Origin: Dehalococcoidia bacterium
GTDB taxonomy: Bacteria; Chloroflexota; Dehalococcoidia; Bin125
Length of the DNA stretch: 64,000 nt
Assembly (NCBI GenBank): GCA_963662615.2
Contig: CAXXSR010000002.1
Location: 576,001-640,000, forward strand
Direction: 5' to 3'
A model generated the notes under the pieces. That model made no database searches. It saw only the letters and a list, made by a program, of their open reading frames with translations, and was not told where the DNA came from. Of the stretch, positions 58,304 through 64,000 are shown one piece after another. A program made the position numbers and the translations under genes. Each line of letters opens with the position of its first letter. The stretch's first letter is position 1.

Positions 58304-59388
58304 CAGCGCATCTCACGCCGCGCCGGCCGCGTTGCCCGATCCGGCAGCGGCGGCTGCCGCAGCGACGGCAGCGTCACCCCGCGAGCTGCCGCCGCGCGCG
58401 CCCGGATCCGGCCCAGCACCCGCGCTCCGGGGCCGTTGCCCAGCGCCGTCTCGGCCAGAAAGACCGCCGTCAGCCCGGATGCCCCGCCCGCCAGAATATC
58501 GGCGAAGTAATGCTCCCCCAGATATATGAGGGCGAAGGCGAGCGCGAGGCAGTACGTGAGGGCGCCCACCAGCAACCGCGGCGAGCGCAGCAGCACCCCC
58601 ATGATCACCACCGCGAACGCCGCCGCGAAATGCAGCGAAGGCATCGCGGCCCGCGGGTTGGGCGACGCCACCAGCTCGAACATCTTGTCCGAGAGCGACT
58701 GCCCCAACAACGTCGCCCCTACGTCCTCCACGATGCGGCTGATCCCGGTCGTCGCTCCTTGCTCAACGGCGAGCCAGGGCGGGATGGTCGGGACCAGGTA
58801 GTACAGCACCACGGCGAAGTAGAAGCTCGCCGCCATGATGCAGGCCATGCGAGAGAAAAGGCGCCGTGCGACGAAGAACGTGCCGAACACCACCGCGTGC
58901 GGAAAGATGAACCAGCTCCAGTGGACGATTGTCGAGATGTACGCGAGGACTCCGAGGTTGGCCTCGCCCCCGCCTATCCGATCCTGCAGCCACGCCGAAG
59001 GAGTGACGCCGCCGAACATCCACAGCTCCCAGTCCAGGACGTAGCCGGTACTGGCTTGAATGGACGTCTCGTCGGCGGCGTCGCGGAGCTGCGTGAAGAA
59101 AAAAATGGCGGCGGCGTAGGAAATCCAGGTGCGGAGTTCGTGCGCACGCGGGGCGATCCAGACAATGGCGACCAGGGCGGCCACCAGCGTCACCGGAAAG
59201 CCAACGGTGTCGTAGCCCACCGTCATCCGAATGACCGGAGCCACGAGCCCGTAGGCCGCTACCGCCCAGGCCGCCAGGCGGGCCCAGTCGCGCGGGCGCC
59301 GCGGCCGGCGGAAGTCCGCCCGAATCTCGGCCCGCCACGATTCCGGTCGTCGCGCGGCGACCATCCCCACGCGTCCCTCCTCCGCCAC
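58303..59388 (-). CDS. PAP2-superfamily membrane phosphotransferase (Aur1/IPC-synthase-like)
   Basis: Motifs PTIPPW, AAMPSLH and YLGEHYFAD. Confidence 0.88.
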   Translation of the reverse strand: MAEEGRVGMVAARRPESWRAEIRADFRRPRRPRDWARLAAWAVAAYGLVAPVIRMTVGYDTVGFPVTLVAALVAIVWIAPRAHELRTWISYAAAIFFFTQLRDAADETSIQASTGYVLDWELWMFGGVTPSAWLQDRIGGGEANLGVLAYISTIVHWSWFIFPHAVVFGTFFVARRLFSRMACIMAASFYFAVVLYYLVPTIPPWLAVEQGATTGISRIVEDVGATLLGQSLSDKMFELVASPNPRAAMPSLHFAAAFAVVIMGVLLRSPRLLVGALTYCLALAFALIYLGEHYFADILAGGASGLTAVFLAETALGNGPGARVLGRIRARAAAARGVTLPSLRQPPLPDRATRPARREMR

Positions 59389-59498
59389 ATCCTACGAGCG
59401 TCGCGGCCCGCCGGAGAAGCGCCCGCAGGACCGCACCGCCGCGGGCCCCAGCGGCCAGATTCGTGGCCGGTACCCGGCCGGTCCGTACACTAGGGCAC

Positions 59499-61724
59499 GT
59501 GCGATTACGACACCGCTCCCGAGCGCTGCATTTTCTGCTCGCGGCAGTCGCGCTTGCCGTCGTGACGGGGATGCTCTCCGCCAACCCGCGATCCGCCGCC
59601 CCGGCGCCGGACACCACCGCCCCGGCGCCGGAAATTGCCGGCGCAACCCCCTTCGCTGCAGGCGAGCTGCTCGTCGCTTTCGCGCCGGCGCTGGAAGCGT
59701 CCCTGCCCGCCGACCTTGCTCGGCTCGTCGGCGCCGAGCTCGTGGAGTCGTATCCCCGGTCGGGCATCCACCGTGTGCGCATCCGCGATGGCGATGTGCG
59801 CGCCGCCGCACGGCGATTGCGCGCCAGCGGCCTGGTCCGCTTCGCGGAGCCCAACTATCGCTTCCGGCTCGCCGGCCTCATTCCCAATGACCCCGGCTAC
59901 GCGGATCAGGCGGACTACTGGGACTTGGTGGGCGCGCCCGACGCCTGGGAGTTCACCACCGGCAGCCGCTCCGTGGTCGTGGCGATGCTCGACGGCGCCG
60001 TTGACTTGGACCACCCCGATCTCGCCGCCAACATCTGGACCAACCCCGGCGAGATCCCCGACAACGGTATCGACGACGACGGCAACGGCTTCGTCGACGA
60101 CCTCCACGGCTACGACTTCGTCGGCGCTTTTCCCGGCAGCGGCGGGGGCCGCCTGGGCGAGGACGGCGATCCCGATGCCAAGCCCGGCGATCCCGCCCTG
60201 GGCGACGGGCTGGACCAGGACGGCGACGGCAAAGCGGACGGCGCCGTGGGACACGGCACACTCGTCGCCGGCATTCTCGCCGCGGTAGGGAACAACGGCC
60301 TGGGCGCTGCCGGCGCCGCCTGGCAGCTCTCGGTCATGCCCCTGCGCATCACCGATCCCGAAGGCAACGGCTTTTTCTCCTCCTTCGTCCGCGGCCTCGA
60401 ATATGCGGTCGCCAACGACGCCGACATTGTCAACATCTCCCTCGCCTCGCCGTTTCTGCCCGAATCGGCGCGACTGGCCGTGGAAACCGCGCTGGACGCC
60501 GGACTGATCATCGTCGTGGCCGCCGGCAACGGCGGGCTCAACGTGGACTTCCCGGCGGCGATCCCCGGGGTCGTGGCGGTGGGCACCCACGGCGCCCTCG
60601 ACGATCCGGACGCGCGCGCGCTGTTCTCACCGCGAAACGCCGGCGTCGACTTCGTGGCGCCGGGCATCGACGTCTACTCCACGGACGTGGCGCCTCTCAC
60701 CGGCGCGCCGACCTACGGCGTGGGCACCGGGACCTCCTTCTCCGCCCCCTTCGTCACCGGCGCCATCGCCCTGATCCTGGCCACCAGTCCCACCGCCACT
60801 CCGGCCGACGTCCTCGCCCTCCTCCAAGAAGGCGCCGTCGATCTGCCGGACGCGGACGCGCCGAATTGGGACGGCGCCGGCCGCGTCCATCTTGGCCGCA
60901 CCTTGGCCGCCCTGCTGGCGCGCCCGCCTGCCGCGCCAATCATTGATGGAGTGGACGTCACGGACGCCCGCATCATCGTGAGCGGGCGCGCCGTCCCAGG
61001 CAGCGCGGTCCGGATCAGCGACGGCGGCGCTGAGGAGCCGCCGCTCGGCGTCGTCACCGCCGCGCCGGATGGAACCTTCGCGTTGGAGCTGGCGCGCCGG
61101 GCGCTCCCGGAGACCGTCGCGGTGCTCTCCCTCGTCGCCGTCGCCGAGACGAGCGCAGGCCCGTCGCCGCCGTCGACGCCGCTGCCCTTCGCCTTGCCAC
61201 GCACCGTCCCGCTCCAGCCGGGATGGAACTTGGTTGCGTGGGCCGGCGTCACCGGGCCCGGCCACGAGGCGCTGGCGGCTCTTCCTCCCCGCGTGACTCG
61301 CGTCTTCGCCTGGGACGGCGCGCACTGGGAAATCGCTGTCCCGGCCAGCCCAGTACTGACGATCAGTCAAATTCACACGGGGCAAGGCCTCTGGCTGTTC
61401 GTTGAGGGCGCCGCACCCGTCGAGTGGCAGCAGACCCGAGCCGAGTTTGCTGCCGTCGCCCTCGCACCCGGCTGGCGCCTCGTCGCCTGGGCCGGCGCCC
61501 GGACGGACGTGGCCGGCGCCGTCGCCGCGACTGACGCCGACATCCGTGCCGTCTTCGCCTGGGACGCCGCCGCCGGCCGCTTTCGCTCCTTCCGCGCCGC
61601 GCTGCCCTTGGCTCCCGGCGGTCCACCGGGGACGCTCAGCCGCCTGGGGCACCTTGACGCGGTCTGGGTCGTCGTGGGCGAGCGCGGCGGCAATTGGCCT
61701 GCGCTGGAGCCGGCCGCTCCCTAG
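59499..61724 (+). CDS. secreted S8 (subtilisin-like) protease with C-terminal Ig-like domain and two GWNL-type repeats
   Basis: Catalytic Asp (MLDGAVD), HGTLVAG, AAGN and GTSFSAP, plus the NGIDDDGNGFVDD insert. Confidence 0.92.
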   Translation: MRLRHRSRALHFLLAAVALAVVTGMLSANPRSAAPAPDTTAPAPEIAGATPFAAGELLVAFAPALEASLPADLARLVGAELVESYPRSGIHRVRIRDGDVRAAARRLRASGLVRFAEPNYRFRLAGLIPNDPGYADQADYWDLVGAPDAWEFTTGSRSVVVAMLDGAVDLDHPDLAANIWTNPGEIPDNGIDDDGNGFVDDLHGYDFVGAFPGSGGGRLGEDGDPDAKPGDPALGDGLDQDGDGKADGAVGHGTLVAGILAAVGNNGLGAAGAAWQLSVMPLRITDPEGNGFFSSFVRGLEYAVANDADIVNISLASPFLPESARLAVETALDAGLIIVVAAGNGGLNVDFPAAIPGVVAVGTHGALDDPDARALFSPRNAGVDFVAPGIDVYSTDVAPLTGAPTYGVGTGTSFSAPFVTGAIALILATSPTATPADVLALLQEGAVDLPDADAPNWDGAGRVHLGRTLAALLARPPAAPIIDGVDVTDARIIVSGRAVPGSAVRISDGGAEEPPLGVVTAAPDGTFALELARRALPETVAVLSLVAVAETSAGPSPPSTPLPFALPRTVPLQPGWNLVAWAGVTGPGHEALAALPPRVTRVFAWDGAHWEIAVPASPVLTISQIHTGQGLWLFVEGAAPVEWQQTRAEFAAVALAPGWRLVAWAGARTDVAGAVAATDADIRAVFAWDAAAGRFRSFRAALPLAPGGPPGTLSRLGHLDAVWVVVGERGGNWPALEPAAP

Positions 61725-61735
61725 CCGGCCCTGCC

Positions 61736-62536
61736 CTATCCGGCGGCAGCCTCCACCGAGGCCCGCGCTTCCGCCATCCGCTCGCTCATGATCCGCCCCA
61801 GCCCCTCCACCTCAAAGGTGGGCGCCGGGGGACCGCGCTCCTCGGTCAGGCTGACGGATCGCAGGACGAAGATCACACTCGCGCCGTCGGCGAAGACCAC
61901 GAGGTCGGTGACCACGTCGCGCAGTCGCCGGCCATCCTCCTCCACGCCGTAGCGAAGAAAGTACTGCACCGCCCTGTCCCCCAGCGGTGGATCGGGGTGC
62001 CTCTGTTCCTCGAAGAGCGTCTCGTCCGGGCTGATGAACTCCAAAATGCGCTCGACCGGCTGCGCGTCGATGTGGGCGACGATGGCCTCCGCCTCCGCCG
62101 CTGTATCCAGCAGGATCGTGATCGTGAAGACCAGTTCGCCCGTCTCGCTGTTGGCGAATCCCTGCCCTTCGTACTGTTCCGCTTCCCGCGCCCGCGCGCC
62201 CAGGTCGGAGAGGACGTCGTCTTCCAGGTCGCGCAGGAGGCCGGGGATGTCGTGGTAGAAGGAGATCGCTTCGAAGCCTGGCGGCAGGTCGTCGATCGAG
62301 ACGTCCACAATCACGCCGGCGGGAGCCGCCGGCGCGGGCGCTTCGGGCGGATCGGACGCTTCGGGCGGATCAGGCGGATCGGGAAGTACGGTCGTCGTGG
62401 GGTCCGGCGCTGCCGGCGAGGGCGGCTCGTCCACCTCCGCTCCGTTGCCGCCGCAGCTGGCCGCTACGGCCGCCGCCACGGTCACCGCCACGAACAGCGT
62501 GAGCACGGCGCTCCCGCCCCCGAGCCACCGTGTCAT
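61736..62536 (-). CDS. hypothetical lipoprotein with Pro-rich linker
   Basis: Signal peptide with lipobox-like AASC. ATGA overlap with the kinase gene. Confidence 0.7.
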   Translation of the reverse strand: MTRWLGGGSAVLTLFVAVTVAAAVAASCGGNGAEVDEPPSPAAPDPTTTVLPDPPDPPEASDPPEAPAPAAPAGVIVDVSIDDLPPGFEAISFYHDIPGLLRDLEDDVLSDLGARAREAEQYEGQGFANSETGELVFTITILLDTAAEAEAIVAHIDAQPVERILEFISPDETLFEEQRHPDPPLGDRAVQYFLRYGVEEDGRRLRDVVTDLVVFADGASVIFVLRSVSLTEERGPPAPTFEVEGLGRIMSERMAEARASVEAAAG

Positions 62537-64000
62537 GCGAATTCCTGCGCCGGCCGGGTCCTCTCTCGCCGTTGGTGCGTGCGCAGCAGAATGCGGAAGG
62601 TGGTGCCCACGTTCTCCCGGCTCTCAACTTGGATCTCGCCCTTCTGTGCGCGCACCAGCTCGCGGGCGATCGCCAGTCCCAGTCCGGTCCCCCCCTGCGA
62701 GCCGGGCCGGTCCGCCCGGTAGTAGCGATCGAACAGGTGAGCCAGATCCGCCGCCGCAATGCCCGAGCCCGTGTCGGCCACGGCCAGGCCGACCGTCGTC
62801 TCACTCTCTCGCTGCGCGCTGAGAACCACATTGCCGCCCGGCGGCGTGTGGCGCAGTGCGTTGTCCACGAGATTGGCCAGCACCTGCTCCAGCCGCTCCA
62901 CGTCACCGGAGACGTCCGGGACCTCGGCGGGCAGCCGTTCCAGCCGAACGTCCAGGTCCTTCGCCCGCAGCGTGAACAGCTCTGCAACATGGCGGAGCAG
63001 ATTCTCCACGTTCACTGGGTCTCTGCGCACCTCCACCTGCCCGGCCTCCATGCGCGAGAGGTCCAGAAGCCCTTCCACCAGACGCAGCAGCCGGCGCGAT
63101 TCCTCCTCAATGATGCGGTAGGCGTTCCGCTGCGAGTCCGGCTCGTCCACGGTGCCGTCCAACAGCGCCTGCGAGAAGCCGTTGATTGAGGTCAGGGGCG
63201 TCTGCAGGTCGTGCGAGACATTGGCCAGGAAATCACGCAGCGCCGCCTGCTGCCTCTGCACCTCCCCCGTCATCTGATTGAACGCTTCCGCCAGCGCCCG
63301 GGCCTCGCGCGTCCCGCTCACGTCCACCTTGTGGTCGAAGCGCCCCCGTGACACGCTCCGCGCCGCCTCCGTCGTGGCCTGCAGCGGCCGGTAGATGGAG
63401 CGGGAGAGGAACAGCCCCACGATGATCGCCGCTGCCAAGGCCAAGCCGCTGGCGAGCAAGAGCCGGGGCGTCAGGTCGCCCAGCACCGTCTGGCGGTTCT
63501 CCGCCGGCAGGGCGAGCACCACGAACTCTCCATTGAAACGGCTCGCCGCCTCGGGCGAGAGACGCGCCGCCAGATAGTTCAAGCGTGTGCCATCGCTCGC
63601 GCGCAGCTCCCCTTCCAAGAAGCTGTCCAAGGTGGCGCCGGCCAGGGTCAGGTCAATGTCAAGTTGCGCGCCGCGGAAGCGCGGCGTCTCGCTCGCTTCG
63701 CTGACCACGGTGCCGTCACCGCGCACGAAGAGGATCGCCACGTCCGGCGCTTCGGCGGTGGCACCCGAAAGCTGCGAGCTCACCTCGAATGCTTGAAAGT
63801 CCGCCCCCGGCGGCGTCACGATGGACGTGTAGACGGGCGCACCGATCTGGCGCAACGTCGACGTGGCCAGCCGGTCCTGATACCCGCCCAGCAGGAAGGA
63901 GAAGACCACCCCCACAATCGTCAGAGTCAAGACAATGATGGCGCCCAGCGTGAGGTAAATGCGCCCCCGCACGCCCTCAAAGAACTGGGGCGGGCGCAGC
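62533..64000 (-). CDS. HAMP-domain sensor histidine kinase (5' end at or beyond the right edge)
   Basis: Motifs ANVSHDLQTPL, NLVDNA, DTGSGI and GTGLGLAI. The frame is open to the window edge. Confidence 0.95.
   Translation of the reverse strand, partial: LRPPQFFEGVRGRIYLTLGAIIVLTLTIVGVVFSFLLGGYQDRLATSTLRQIGAPVYTSIVTPPGADFQAFEVSSQLSGATAEAPDVAILFVRGDGTVVSEASETPRFRGAQLDIDLTLAGATLDSFLEGELRASDGTRLNYLAARLSPEAASRFNGEFVVLALPAENRQTVLGDLTPRLLLASGLALAAAIIVGLFLSRSIYRPLQATTEAARSVSRGRFDHKVDVSGTREARALAEAFNQMTGEVQRQQAALRDFLANVSHDLQTPLTSINGFSQALLDGTVDEPDSQRNAYRIIEEESRRLLRLVEGLLDLSRMEAGQVEVRRDPVNVENLLRHVAELFTLRAKDLDVRLERLPAEVPDVSGDVERLEQVLANLVDNALRHTPPGGNVVLSAQRESETTVGLAVADTGSGIAAADLAHLFDRYYRADRPGSQGGTGLGLAIARELVRAQKGEIQVESRENVGTTFRILLRTHQRRERTRPAQEFA

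Overview
This is a very GC-rich bacterial chromosomal window. Gene content and GAAC-N4-GTTC LexA-type boxes suggest Chloroflexota, probably Dehalococcoidia-like (inference). Most of it is housekeeping: split transketolase, proBA, ileS, murJ, rpsT, rimO, scpB, PBP2, an hsp20/dnaJ-hspR-clp heat-shock locus, cysM-like, rimI, a heterodimeric ABC exporter, ruvB, thyX, ilvD, an S8 protease and a sensor kinase. The main accessory elements are (1) a ~2 kb lower-GC cassette at the 3' end of thyX encoding an unknown protein plus an XRE-HTH/IrrE-ImmA Zn-peptidase, a RosmerTA-like architecture with a palindromic operator and a reconstructable empty site; (2) a 603-bp mini-insertion bounded by a 55-bp duplication of the ilvD 3' end, carrying an orphan hicB and a perfect LexA box; and (3) a TetR plus stand-alone PAS-PAS module with NemR-like operators. 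The window also has many short tandem repeats and REP-like palindromes. Three reading-frame lesions (HAD gene, YihY gene, Zn-ribbon gene) may be real or assembly artefacts. I recognised no tRNA, rRNA, CRISPR array, integrase or transposase. All calls are by eye, without database searches.
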